Shown here in pieces: positions 1 through 12,071 of a DNA stretch of 28,502 nt. The position numbers and the translations under genes were made by a program. Source of the DNA: Octopus sinensis (lineage: Eukaryota); assembly GCF_006345805.1 (NCBI RefSeq), contig NW_021833497.1, forward strand, positions 1 through 28,502, read 5' to 3'. Each line of letters begins with the position of its first letter. Positions within the stretch are counted from its first letter, which is position 1. The notes beneath the pieces were generated by a model. That model was not told the DNA's origin, did not search any database, and saw only the letters and a program-made list of their open reading frames with translations.

Positions 1-232
1 GGCAAACCACAGACCCAGGCCCTCGTCAATTTTTCCTACAATAAATGGAAACAAAATTTCATTACCTCTAGGGTGCCAAACAGCAACCACACCGTTACAT
101 GTTTGACTCCCCTAGAAATATACTTAATGGTAGGCAGATATTCTGCCAACTCTTTCTCAATCATCTGCTTGGAGAAAACGGTAATTGTGTCGAGAACCTT
201 CGAATACGTTCTCAACACCACCGCCCTCTCCT
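1..232 (-). mobile_element. Possible fragment of a LINE (L1/Tx1-like) ORF1 N-terminus
   Basis: Minus frame reads EERAVVLRTYSKVLDTITVFSKQMIEKELAEYLPTIKYISRGVKHVTVWLLF and is non-repetitive. It only loosely recalls retroelement ORF1 N-termini and has no diagnostic motif. Confidence 0.25.
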
Positions 233-312
233 CTTACTGTCTACAGGAACTTCGTAGTGGTGGTTGGAGTAGCAGTATTAATAATCTCCTTTTTTATTAA
301 TACTGTTATACA

Positions 313-354
<42 letters not shown>

Positions 355-585
355 GTACATTACGTTTTACCTTTTACTTGATTCAGTCATTATACTGTGG
401 TCATGCTGGGGCGCCGCATTGAAGAATCTTTAGACGAACGAATCGACCCCAGTACCTTTTTAAATTTGGTATTTATTCTATCAGTCTCGTGGACGTAAAG
501 GATCCAACATCGGTTGTCAAGCAGTGGCAGGACAACTACACACAAAGACGCATACACATACACACACACATACACACACGCACAC

Positions 586-621
<36 letters not shown>

Positions 622-647
622 CACACACATATATATATATATATTCA

Positions 648-845
648 AAATGTGACCGCGTGTGTACCGTTGGCGAGTTTTTTCCTCCGTCTTCCCTTCT
701 TTGGATCTTTCCTTTTCCTATGTTTCTGACGAAGTGCTCCGCTAGAAACGTTAAGCCCTCCTTCTTTCCTTCTTCCTGAGCGTCCAATAATACTATATTT
801 GTTCCACGTCCTCGCGTGTTGTTGTTTTTCTCTTTGTGTTTCAGT
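648..845 (+). mobile_element. HHR-bearing non-autonomous repeat, family C
   Basis: Homologous to ~15362-15520 on the opposite strand, abuts (TA)n, and contains a hammerhead core. Confidence 0.6.
722..756 (+). ncRNA. Minimal type I hammerhead motif, stem II eroded
   Basis: GTTT-CTGACGA-A-GTGC tcc GCTA-GAAAC-GT-T-AAGC. Stem I GTTT/AAGC pairs with one G-U; stem II has two mismatches. Confidence 0.55.
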
Positions 846-1045
846 TTGGATTAACTTAAACTAAATAATATAAAAAAGAAAATGAAAGAAATGCTGACAA
901 ATAATTGAAGTAATTTAAGTAATTTAATTAGGTGAAAGTTCTTTTACCGGTTGCGCATTGTATGCTTATCAAAATATAAAAAGAGATTAGAGTCTGTCTC
1001 TTATATGTGAAAGTTCTAAACGAACCTACTCATCTAGTCAAGCGG

Positions 1046-1118
<73 letters not shown>

Positions 1119-1900
1119 GGCAGGCTTCTTCTTCCAGTTTCCATCTACCAAATCCACTCACAAGATTTTGGTCGACCCGAGGCTATAGTAGAAAACACTT
1201 GCTCAAGGTGCCACGCAATGGGGCTGAACTCGGAACCATGTGGTTGGTAAGCAAACTTCTTACCATACAGCTACACTTGTGCCTACAAATGTATACTTTT
1301 AACGAAATGGTCTTCGGCGTGCATATAAAGCTATAAATAATTCTATATTAATATTGGACTGAAAAACCTTATGGAATAGGAAATTCGAAGGCGTCTTTTT
1401 CTTGTCCAAAGGGGATTTTTTTAACCTAGTATTTACAGGCTGTTTTTATTAGCGTTATATGTCCTCCGAGAAGCAAGTCCAAAAATGAATTATCCCATCC
1501 TCTTTCGAATGTTCATAGATCGTTATCATGTCAGCAATGTGTATGTGTGTGCGTGCGCGCGCGTATGTCTGTGTGTGTGTATGTTTCTAGAAACAAAACT
1601 CTAGGTCCCTATGTCACTCCTGTTGCAATCTCACCTGGAACTTGTATATATGTATATATATGATCGGCTTTTCATATTTCATTCTGTTTCTCACGTTTCT
1701 GAAAGCCAGACGTATTAATAAGGTATAAACACACACACACACACACACCAAAATCTTGTGTGGGTGTGTTTTACAAGTGTTAGACAGTGTCTCTGTTTCC
1801 CTCGAAGTCAAATTTGTAACTCAGGAATCGAAGCGAAAGTTTGATCTAATGAGCGCCAGAGCGAAGCACAAACTGGAATCAATATGAATGGCTAGAAGAA

Positions 1901-2125
1901 GATGGGAGACCAGCAGGATCGTTATAATGCCGAGGAAAATGCTTAGCGACATTTTGTCCGTCTATACGTTTTGAGTTCAAAATCTGCCGAGATCAACTTT
2001 GCCTTTCATCCTTTCGGAGTCGATAAAATAAACACCAGTTGAGCACTGGAATCGATGTGATAAACTTAGCCCCCACCCTTACCCCGAAATTGCTGGCCTT
2101 GTGCCAAAATTTGAAGCCAATATGA
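1901..2125 (+). mobile_element. SINE family B-related, diverged
   Basis: B-box-like GAGTTCAAAATC, then GATCAACTTTGCCTTTCATCCTTTCGGAGTCGATAAA, which is shared with family B copies. The 3' tail differs. Confidence 0.75.
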
Positions 2126-3899
2126 TTGGCTAAAGGTTTAACGATCGCAATCTGTAAAATTATAAAACAGTAAAGTTAGTTTGTTCAGAGATGTGATGCC
2201 ATACGATAATAAGCCCCTCTTTTTATTTCTTTTGCTGTGGCTTATCTTTGTCCATGAATAAAAAGGATTTGAGCAACGGATTAGTAACCTCTTCTCATAC
2301 AAAAGTGATACTCTACTGAAACCGTAAGATCGCAGCCATCTATGCAGGACAGTACAAAACAGACATAAAGACAGAATCAGTTGAGAGAACGAGACGATAT
2401 GTATAACCTTTATATGCTTTGTGTCATGCTGTTTGTGTTCGGCGTAACATTAGTGGGTTAAAACGTGAGAAGGAGGAATAAGTTCAGTGTATGGGTCGAA
2501 GGGTTGAACAAAGTGGCTAGTGCAGAATTTGAGCGGATAGACACTTTAAGTGTGAAACGTAGTGGGAGTGAAAGAAACCTGTGTATGTCGCGGACATATC
2601 TTATGGAAATGTTCTTCAACTGGGTAGTTCAGATGAGCAGAAATTGTTCTTGTTCAAGTTGAAAAGATAGAAATACAAGTGAGTGTGCCAGAGTGTGTAG
2701 TATGCTTCCGAGTAAATCCTTCACGATGAATGATGGCTTTTCTTTTCGATGAGTTCTGAAATGTTTGTTCTCTTTATCAACAAGTCTTAAACGAAGAGAA
2801 TCTGTATGTGTATGTGTGTCAGTGTGTGTGTGTGTGTGTGTGTTTGTGTATATGTATGTGTGTGTCTATGTGTGTTTCTGTATCTGTGTCTGTGTGCGCG
2901 TGTAAGTGCGTGCGTGTAATACTTGGGTGACAGGGAAAAATTCAAATAAAGACGAAAAGGCTAATGTTCTCTTTGAACAGGGCCAAATGCTTGCTAATTA
3001 TTATTTGTACGCAAATCAAAGAGAGTAAAAGAAGCAGAGCAATCGTGTATTTGTGTATGTATGAGAGTGTGAAAGAGAGAGGGTGTGTGTGTGTGTGTGC
3101 GTGTGTGACATGGAGAATGAGATGGAGAAGAAGAGACAGAAATATATTAAGTTGATTAAGTTAACCCAAAAGCCAATAGATTTACTTTTCTGTTAATTAT
3201 TTTCTGGTTTCAATCATTAGGCTGTGGACATTCTAGGGTACTATCTTATGGAATATAATCGATTATATCGATCCAAGCACTTATTCGAACAGTTAATACA
3301 AGTTTATTAGTAAAAAAAAATGAAAAGCCATGGAAACATGGAAAAGTTTTGAACTCAAACTATAAAGGGGGTGCGGTATCAAATTGCCAAAAACTGTCCA
3401 ACCGGAAGAAAATGATAGATAAATTATATAGAGTTAGGGAGCGAATATTGTAATAATGGAATTAAAAGAACAAACAGGAAGCCGAAATGACAATTGTTCG
3501 AAGTAACAGTTGATCGAGCTAACAATTTTTCGAATTATATTGAACAGAAAAGAATTCATTTCCAAAACGTCAAATTGTCAGATTTTATTTCTATAAGTTT
3601 GTATTCAAACATAAAAACTGGTTATGTTTCTATGGTTATGTCACGTGTATGTTTACAGTAAAAAAGAAAATGTGTTTTTAGATTGTACGATAGACTTATA
3701 TTACTTGCGGTGGCCCATTACGAGATTTAAAAACTTTTATGTAATTTTGTTGAACTGCTAATTTAATACTAATGAACGATTCACGTAATTTTGTTGAACA
3801 GTGCAATTTTCAAATGTCGATTCTGTTATCATAGATTGTGAACCAGCAATCTGAAAGGTCAGAAAGGGTTATTAACATAAATTACACTACTTTACTTAC

Positions 3900-4095
3900 A
3901 TTATTTATAATTGACGGATATTTGTCCAACATCAAAAACTACCTTAGGAATGAGAACCCAGGTTCGAAATTTCCCCAAGACACCTGAGGAAGGCTGGAGG
4001 GTATATCAGCAGAAACGTTGTGTTAACAACAAACAAGATGAGGACAGCTATCCGTCAATTGTAAATAATCTACATAATTCCTCATCTCTTAAATA
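3900..4095 (+). mobile_element. Short HHR-bearing element with inverted copy of its 3' end (Penelope-type)
   Basis: 3900-3927 is the reverse complement of 4042-4069 (28 bp, 3 mismatches); a hammerhead motif lies between them. Confidence 0.65.
3979..4024 (+). ncRNA. Type I hammerhead ribozyme motif
   Basis: GACAC-CTGAGGA-A-GGCTG gagggtatat CAGCA-GAAAC-GT-T-GTGTT. Stem I has 5 bp and stem II 4/5 bp; predicted cut after 4019. Confidence 0.7.
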
Positions 4096-5094
4096 TAGAA
4101 CTATAAATTACACTAGTTTTCAGATTGCAAACATAGGCATATCACAAGTAAACACGCATACAACATAATATTTTAATGAAAAGGAAATTACCTTCCTTCA
4201 ACCTATTTTCTGTATTTTGAATATTCGCTATAGTTTTATTAATTCTTGATTTGATCAAGTATTACTTCGAAAATTTTTTATTCGAGCAATTGTATTTCGA
4301 ATAACTGTTTTCGATAAAATGATTGTCACTTTATGGTCAGAACAGAGCAAGTTTAAATAAGTGATGTAAAATGTTTAAGCATTTTTTTTCATAACGAGAC
4401 AGCCTTAGTTACTAGATTTGTTAGAAATAGCAAACAAATCTCCCCACAACTAACATTCTAGCGTCCTGAAAACAGTAAGGCACATCACTCTATGGTGATC
4501 TTATATACTCCTAAAAATATGGATTGTCACGGTTGGAAATTGTCACAAATCATTTCAATCAGGTCAGATCTGGACTAAACAGCAGCTTCCGAACTTAACG
4601 ACTTTACTTGATTCGAGAAACCTGATCGTTACATATTCAATGGTTTCATTCTGCATCACGTTCTTGTCTTCGGTTTTTGACAGCTACTAAAGTTTATTTA
4701 AACATTTACGAATTTCGGTTTTTGTTTCATTATATTGAATTTAGTAAAAGATATAATCGAATTACAAACACAAAATCTAGTTTATAGAATCAAAAAAAAA
4801 ATTCTTATTGAATTAATTTAATCACCAGCTTAACTGCTATCTCATTGAAAATTCTGAAAAATGCTAATCCTTTCCAGAATGTTGTCTCGTTAAATGTGTT
4901 AAGACATGTATCACACTAATATGCTTAACTCACAACTATATATCAAAATCCCTGATTACATCTGCTCGATAAAATCGAGACAAAATGCCATATTTAGTAT
5001 TAAAAGTTAAGTAACCATGTAGTATTATGTTTAACAGAATAATTAACGTAAATAAAGTTCTCGCTGAAATGCTATATACAAAATATTTTAACGT

Positions 5095-5308
5095 AGACTT
5101 GCTTTAGTCCTTCTACTGCATTCATGCTGGGGAACCGCCTTGAAGAATTTTGGTCGAATGAATCGACCCCTGTACTTATTTTTTATTTTACGCCTGGCAC
5201 TTATTTTATTGATAACTTTTGCCGAGCCGCTTGTTACAAGAACGTAAACACACCAACGCCGGTTGTCAAACGATGGAAGGAGATAAACACAGATACAAAA
5301 CTACACAT

Positions 5309-5342
<34 letters not shown>

Positions 5343-5512
5343 CAACACACACACACACATACGTACATATGTATGTATACGACGGGCTTCATTTAGTTTT
5401 CATCTCCCAAATACATTCACAAGGTTTTGGTCAGCCCGTGTCTAAAGAAGACACTTGCTCAAGGTGCCGAGCAGTGGGAAGGAACCCAAAACCATGTGGT
5501 GTGGGAAGTAGT
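5095..5512 (-). mobile_element. SINE family A, diverged, with internal (CA)n
   Basis: Matches 16461-16860 in reverse along its length (GACACTTGCTCAAGGTGCC core and GAATCGACCCC tail). Confidence 0.8.
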
Positions 5513-5596
5513 AAATGTCATAGTTCACACCCATACATATATCAGACATTTAAACACACCACACACAAACACACATACATAGACATACACAAACAC

Positions 5597-5651
<55 letters not shown>

Positions 5652-5715
5652 TATGTGTGTGTGTGTGTGTGTGTGGTGTGTGTGTGTGTGTGTGTGCGTA
5701 GTATATGAATATGTG

Positions 5716-6035
5716 TATATCACCGTGATTACCATGACCGACCAGGCTATCAGATGTTGCTACACATCGCTGGTCACAATGCGCTTCGCAATGTTTTAGC
5801 CTTCAAATGACGCCACCCCGCTGGCTAAGTGAGCAGGCCAACAGAAGAAAGAGTAAGAGAAAGTTGTGGCGAAAGAAAGAGTACAGCAGGGATCGCCACC
5901 ACCCCCTGCCGGAGTCTCGTAGAGCTTTAGATGTTTTTTGCTCAATAAACATTCACAGCGCCCGGTCTGGGAATCGAAACCACGATCTTACGACCGCGAG
6001 TCCGCTTCCCTAACCACTGAGTCATTGCGCCTCCA
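5716..6035 (-). mobile_element. tRNA-derived SINE (family D/E)
   Basis: Minus-strand head GGAGGCGCAATGACTCAGTGGTTAGG...GGTTTCGATTCCC has A- and B-box-like motifs, followed by a non-tRNA body. Confidence 0.75.
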
Positions 6036-6622
6036 CATATGTGTATATGATCTCCGGGCAAACTTTTCGTCTACTTCCTGCTGAGGGCTGTTGGGATAGT
6101 AAAGCCGAGAAACTTATAGAAAGGAAGGCATGAGATAATATCAATAATTCTGTATTAACATGAATAAAATTTATCATGCAAAAATTTGTCAGATCAAAAC
6201 CTCACTCAATTTTCTGGAAATTTCGTATCGCTGATCTTTAGGGATTTGTTCAATTTAAAAATTCACTCGATCATGTCGAGTCAGAACTTCAATCTTTTCT
6301 ACCTTTTTGCTGAAACCTACTGTTCTGTCATTTTTCCTTTCTTTTTTTTTTTTTTTTTTTCCTTGGCAATATATCATTTCCACTCAATTCCGATCTTGTG
6401 TTAGCTTTTTTTATACCCTTGTGTGCAACTTTTCTATATTCATTTCAATGAAATAAATATAATCTTTACCATTCTGTATATCTTAATTAACGTGGATACA
6501 GCAGGAAGCTAGAAAACTGTGATATTCGCCTTGGGAAAGCATATTGTATAGACGTATATTGTACTGAAAAGCTGAAAAGTATACCAGTTGCAAATGAAAA
6601 GCATCTAGTAGCGGCGATTCAA

Positions 6623-6667
6623 TTGATATATCCGGATTTCTGCTTCTTTGAGCATCATCAGTAGCAA
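6623..6667 (-). ncRNA. Type I hammerhead ribozyme motif
   Basis: Minus strand: TTGCTA-CTGATGA-TGCT caaaga AGCA-GAAAT-CCGG-AT-A-TATCAA. Core intact, stem II 4/4, stem I 5/6, palindromic ATCCGGAT in stem III. Confidence 0.7.
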
Positions 6668-6905
6668 GTATCCACTAACAGCCTTACGCTCACACAAATT
6701 TTGCCTCTACTGATATAGAAAAAATAGTGATTGACTGGTGTCGCAAATAGCAGGCAGGCTACGTAAAAATTCGTTATTAGTGATGGAAACGTATTCGCTC
6801 AAAATAGCATTCTGTATATTTAACTTAACGTGGATATACTGTCAGAAAACCACAACACTGCTAGTTCGGCTCGATTTGTTTAAGCATCCGGTTGCTGTTG
6901 GATAC

Positions 6906-6950
6906 TTGCAATTGATGACTCTCAAAGAAGCTGAAATCCAAACTTAGCAA
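6906..6950 (+). ncRNA. Degenerate hammerhead, paralogue of 6623-6667
   Basis: TTGCAA-TTGATGA-CTCT caaaga AGCT-GAAAT-CCAA-ACT-TAGCAA; the core and stems II and III are mutated. Confidence 0.5.
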
Positions 6951-7167
6951 TTCTGTTGCTGCAAGACGCTTTTCCTCTAAGCCTTTTACTATACGTCCAT
7001 ACAAGATGCTTTCTCAGGGCGCAAACTGCGCTTTTCTCGCTTCTACAGCATATCTACGTTAAGTATGATATACAGAATGCTATTTTGACCAAATATTGAT
7101 TCTGTCGCTGATGACGAATATGCTTTACTGTTCGTCAGTTCTAACTCGTCTTTTAAAAAGGATGTTT

Positions 7168-7418
7168 GACTTTTATCTTATACTTGTTTCAGTCATTAGA
7201 CTGCGACCATACTGAAGAATTTTTAGTTGAACGAATCGATCCCAGTCCTTTTTGTACAAGACTGGCATTTATTCTATCGATGTTATTTGCCGAACCACTA
7301 AGTTACGGGACGTAAACAAACTACCACTGGTTATTAAGCAGTGGTGGGGGACAAACACTAACAAAGACAAACACACACGCACACATAATATATATATATA
7401 TGTAGATATTTAGTTATA

Positions 7419-7479
<61 letters not shown>

Positions 7480-7928
7480 TGTGTGTAAGTATTTGTACTA
7501 TATATGTATGTATGCATGTATGTATGTACACATATGAGCGTTCAGCTTTTGCCCGAATGACCTGCACAAATTATTTGTTTACAGTGATCAAATGTTCCTG
7601 CCGCACATTAGCTTACTCTCTCCATCAGATCGACGCTACCTGAACGGCAGCACTATGTACCACGTGTCAGGTGTCGAAGTGATGGCAGAGCAACGTAAGA
7701 TGAAGTGTTTTGCTCAAGAACACAACGCACCACCCGGTCTAGGAACTGAAACCATGATCGCCAGATCGTGAGTGCAGCACCCTAACCACTTTCAGTTTCC
7801 GTCTCTACTCATAAGGCTTTGATTATCCCGAGTCTATAGTAGAAAACACTTGTCCTAGGTGCCACACAGTAAGACTGAACCTGTAACCATGTTATTGAGA
7901 AGCAAACTTCTTACCACATAGCCAAGCA
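7168..7928 (-). mobile_element. SINE family A with nested microsatellite and nested SINE
   Basis: Tail ~7168-7360 and head ~7791-7928 match family A; the middle holds TA/TG repeats and the 7535-7790 element. Confidence 0.7.
7535..7790 (-). mobile_element. tRNA-derived SINE (family D-like)
   Basis: Minus head AGTGGTTAGGGTGCTGCACTCACGATC...GGTTTCAGTTCC, then TTGTGTTCTTGAGCAAAACAC, similar to 8058-8290. Confidence 0.7.
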
Positions 7929-8057
7929 TATTAAATTGTCTCATGAAAAAAATACTTTTTCTTCTCTTTGAGTGAGCTCGATATGAATCTATTTTACATT
8001 AGATATATGTTTACATACGTACATAATCTCCTATTTACATATGTATTTGTGGGCTCA

Positions 8058-8290
8058 TGGAAGCGCGTGGCTTAATGGTCAGAAATGTTACACTCATGAC
8101 CATAAGATTGGGGTTTCGATTCCTGGAACTGATAATGCGTTGTGTTTTTTCCAGTAAAACTCTATTCCAATTTACTCCAGTCTACTCAACTGGAAACGGA
8201 CCAGTGTCCCATTCAGGGGTGACCATATACTTCACAGAATCCGGGAACCAGCCTCAAGAACGTATGGCACGGGAAAGACCTTTGACTTTT
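8058..8290 (+). mobile_element. tRNA-derived SINE (family D-like), diverged
   Basis: GGAAGCGCGTGGCTTAATGGTCAG (A-box-like) and GGTTTCGATTCC (B-box-like), followed by a SINE body. Confidence 0.7.
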
Positions 8291-8306
8291 TGATTTTCTT
8301 ATACAT

Positions 8307-8937
8307 AGGCGCAGGCGTGGCAGTGTGGTAAGAAGCTTGCTTCCCAACCACATGGTTCCGGGTTCAGCCCCCAGGAAAGTATCTTCTACTATAACCTCGG
8401 ACCGACCAAAGTTTTATTAGTGAATTTGGTTGACGGAAACTGAAATAATTCCTATTTCTTTACTACCCACAAGGGGCTAAACACAGAGGGGACAAACAAG
8501 GACAGACATAGGTATTAAGTCGATCACATCGACCCCAGTGCGTAACTGGTGCATAATTTATCGACCCCGAAAGGATGAAAGGCAAAGTCGACCTCGGCGG
8601 AATTTGAACCCAGAACGTAACTGCAGACGAAATACCGCTCGGCAGTTCACCCGGCCTGCTAACGATTGTGCCAGTTCGCCGCCCTCTGAAATAATTCCGT
8701 TGTGTGTGTGTATGTGCGTGCGTGCGTGCGTGCGTGTTAGTGGCGGGGGGGGACAACCGGTGTTGGTTTGTTTCACGTCTGTAATTTAGAGGTTCAGCAA
8801 AAACGACCGACAGAATGAGTACCAGGCTTTAAAAAATAATAAGTACTGGGGCTGATTTGTTCGACTAAAAATTCTTCAAGGTGGTGCCCCAGCATGGGCG
8901 CAGTCTGATGACTAAAATAATTAAAACGATAAAAGGA
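8307..8937 (+). mobile_element. SINE family A interrupted by a family B insertion
   Basis: Head 8307-8452 and remainder 8686-8937 match 16461-16860. Confidence 0.8.
8453..8685 (-). mobile_element. SINE family B, full length, 13-bp TSD
   Basis: CTGAAATAATTCC at 8440-8452 and 8686-8698; internal GTCGACTTTGCCTTTCATCCTTTCGGGGTCGATAAA resembles the Nin/Deu-type SINE domain. Confidence 0.85.
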
Positions 8938-9014
8938 TATATACGTAGATCCTCAGTTATATTTGCATGTGCGTATCTTGTATGTGTGCATGTCAATATA
9001 TATTTTTCGCCAAT

Positions 9015-9683
9015 GTATTTCTTTACTACCCACAAGGGGCTACGCACAGAGGGGACAAACAAGGACAGACAAACGGATTAAGTCGATTATATCGACCCCA
9101 GTGCGTAACTGGTACTTAATTTATCGACTCCGAAAGGATGAAAGGCAAAGTGGACCGCGGCGGAATTTGAACTCAGAACGTAGCGGCAGACGAAATACCT
9201 ATTTCTTTACTACCCACAAGGGGCTAAGCATATAGAGGACAAACAAGGACAGACAAACGGATTAAGTCGATTATATCGACCCCAGTGTGTAACTGGTACT
9301 TATTTAATCAACCCCGAAAGGATGAAAGGCAAAGTCGATCATGGCGGAATTTGAACTCGGAACATAACGGCAGACGAAATACCACTGAGCATTTCGCCCG
9401 GCGTGCTAACGCTTCTGCCAGCTCGCCGCCTTATCGAAGGATATAAATACCTATTTCTTTACTACCCACAAGGGGCTACACACAGAGGGGACAAACAAGG
9501 ACAGACAAACGGATTAAGTCGAATATATCGACCCTAGTGCGTAACTGGTACTTAATTTATCGACCCCGAAAGGATGAAAGGCAAAGTCGACCTCTGCGGA
9601 ATTTGAACTCAGAACGTAGCGGCAGACGAAATACCGCTAAGCATTTCGCCCGGCGTGCTAACGTTTCTGCCAGCTCGCCGCCC
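9015..9683 (-). mobile_element. Tandem trimer of SINE family B
   Basis: Copies at 9015-9199 (headless), 9200-9430 and 9451-9683; direct repeat TATCGAAGGATATAAATAC at 9432-9450 and 9684-9702. Confidence 0.9.
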
Positions 9684-10724
9684 TATCGAAGGATATAAAT
9701 ACCGGTAAAGAAAACCGCTACTTTTCAAACTTGCAAGTGATGGGTTTTGTTTTTGTTTTATTGTCTGTAGCGATTCGTCCGTTTCGGCAAATCACTTGTA
9801 ACCAACAAAGTTATTTCTCATCGATTGCGTTATAAAAAGCATAAACAAATATATAAATAAGTGAACCAGTAAACTAAGTGAATTAGTGTTAAATGTCGAT
9901 GACAACATCAGCAAAACTGCGCAAACGATGAAATACGAAGCAGTCATTCATTGGTTAGTAAACAGGCTTACTATCGATTCACACAAGGACACTCCCTCAG
10001 ATTTTTACTGATCATGCGATACCCCAGTCATCTTTCCCTCCTATCCTCGTATGTTTCAAACCAGCGTGAAATATTAAATCATGGATAATAAGCAAATGAC
10101 GCCATAGGTTAAAGAGACAGAGACAGAGATGGGGGTAGAAAGAGACAGACTTAGAGCGGGAAGGGAAGACAGTCAGAGGCAGAGGTGGAAGGAGGAGGAC
10201 GTGCTTTTATTTGCTTTGGTTTATTTATTGACTAACTGATTACTATGAAACTCATAGATGAATTGATTAAAATTTATTCTTCCGTTCTTTGATGTACGTA
10301 TATTTGTTGCACCAATCCACCCGTATTTACAATATGCATTCATGAGAGGAAACCATCTGCGATAAAATAAGGATAACATTAATTTTACGTTGGATTTCTC
10401 TTAATCATTTTGCATATTCTTTAGCTTTAATATTCGTCCTCTTCCGTCTCTGAGGCTTACCGAATAAACAATCTTTAATGTTGTTCTCGTTAAAAGTTTA
10501 GCTCATTTCAAATTCAATGTTTTGTTGAATAATACATGAAGCTAAAATCAACGCTTTTTATAATATCTGCTATATGTGATTTGTATTATTCCTGTTGAAA
10601 ATAGACTTCGTGTCTTGGTCGCTTCAAACGAGAAATCCATGGAAATTTCTTGTAATATTATCCCATGAGATATACATAACTCGCGTTATGATGTTCTTTG
10701 ATACTTCATTTACTTGTGTACGTG

Positions 10725-10872
10725 CGCACACACACACACACACACACACGCAAGCACGCAAGCACACTCACATACATACATACATACATACATACATACA
10801 TACATACATACATACATACATACATACATACATACATACATACATACGTACGTACGTACGTACGTACGTACA
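10725..10872. repeat. Compound microsatellite (CA)n-(CATA)n-(CGTA)n
   Basis: Read directly from the sequence. Confidence 0.95.
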
Positions 10873-11837
10873 TATGATATTCATACAGCTTTTATTGCGG
10901 GGACACAATTGGCTAATTTTAGCCTCTGTCGTTTACTATTTCCCTGAAATTAAATTATTCCTGAGAGGACATAAACATGGAACTAGAGAAATTAAAATCT
11001 TGTTGAATCCAATTATAATAATAGAAATTATAGTTATTCCGTTCCAATGGCTTCGAAACTTCCCCTCGGGGTGTGTTTGAGGGAAATATGAAATAGATTC
11101 AGGCATTCTGAGAGACGTTGCTCGAAATAAAACAGATAACTGATTTACAAATTATTAGACAGAAGTACAATTTAAACTAAAATATTTAAGAGATTAATGA
11201 TAATAATATAGTTCATACAAAATATTCATAAGGTACACCATAAACCATTAAAATTGAAAGCGGAGCTATTTCGTGGATTCAGTCGAGTTAACAGATTGAG
11301 TTAGGAAAATAAGTATTTCATATCTAACAAACGTTGCTTGTTGACGTACCGAAACTGAAATCTTCAGCATTCGGTTCTTCCTTTCTCTTCACAGTAAACA
11401 ATTGTATTTTTATATTTCTAATAATTCTATGTAAGATTGTGAATGAATATTTAAAATCTTCGGAGCTTCTGTCTCATTTTCCTATAAAACTCCATCTAAA
11501 GTCATAAACAAACACATTCTTGTGGCTAGGAATTCCGATTCCCCATTTTGTTTCAAATCTACTTATAGCCTTGCTGGTGAACCTGGGTTGAAACTGTATG
11601 GAGGCCAATCGGATGAACTGTAGATATTTTGAAGTGACAGGCCTAATTATTAGCCTCCTCTAACACCACCACCTGATCCACTACAGTTTGATAATGTTTT
11701 GTATATTGGTCGTTTTGAGCTACTTGATATTATAGTGGTTGCATACCGCTTCATTACATGGTTTCAAATACCAGTAAGAATATGAATTTACGTGCAAATG
11801 AATATAGCTCAGAGAAAGGTGATATTTATGCCTACAT

Positions 11838-12071
11838 GAAGGCGGCGAGCTGGCAGAATCGTTAGCACGCCGGGCGAAATGCGTAGCCGTATTTCGTCTG
11901 CCGCTACGTTCTGAGTTCAAATTCCGCCGAGGTCGACTTTGCCTTTCGTCCTTTCGGGGTCGATTAAATGAGTACCGGTTATGCACTGGGGTCGATATTA
12001 TTGACTTAATCCGTTTGTCTGTCCTTGTTTGTCCGCTCTATGTTTAGCCCCTGGTGGGTAATAAAAAAAAC
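11838..12071 (+). mobile_element. SINE family B, full length, 16-bp TSD
   Basis: ATATT(T/C)ATGCCTACAT at 11822-11837 and 12072-12087. Confidence 0.9.

Larger units (their letters stand above)
376..1282 (-). mobile_element. tRNA-derived SINE family A (CORE-like), split copy
   Basis: 3' part ~376-545 and 5' part ~1118-1282 match the intact copy at 16461-16860. They are separated by microsatellites and other inserted repeats. Joining the two parts into one copy is an inference. Confidence 0.65.
6465..7090. mobile_element. Old HHR-bearing element: partial tandem (period 338) plus inverted copy
   Basis: CATTCTGTATAT..TAACGTGGATA occurs at 6470 and 6808. ~6895-7062 is a diverged reverse complement of ~6485-6680, and ~6798-6842 is inverted against ~7044-7088. 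Confidence 0.65.

Noticed and set aside
6074-6127. CTTCCT...CTGAGGGCT...AGCCGAGAAAC...AGGAAG hammerhead-like arrangement
   Set aside because: Stem I-like pairing exists, but the core spacing and the NUH site are wrong, so too many edits are needed.
7108-7138. CTGATGA followed by a CGAA...TTCG stem
   Set aside because: The stem is followed by TCAG rather than GAAA, so it is a simple hairpin and not a hammerhead.
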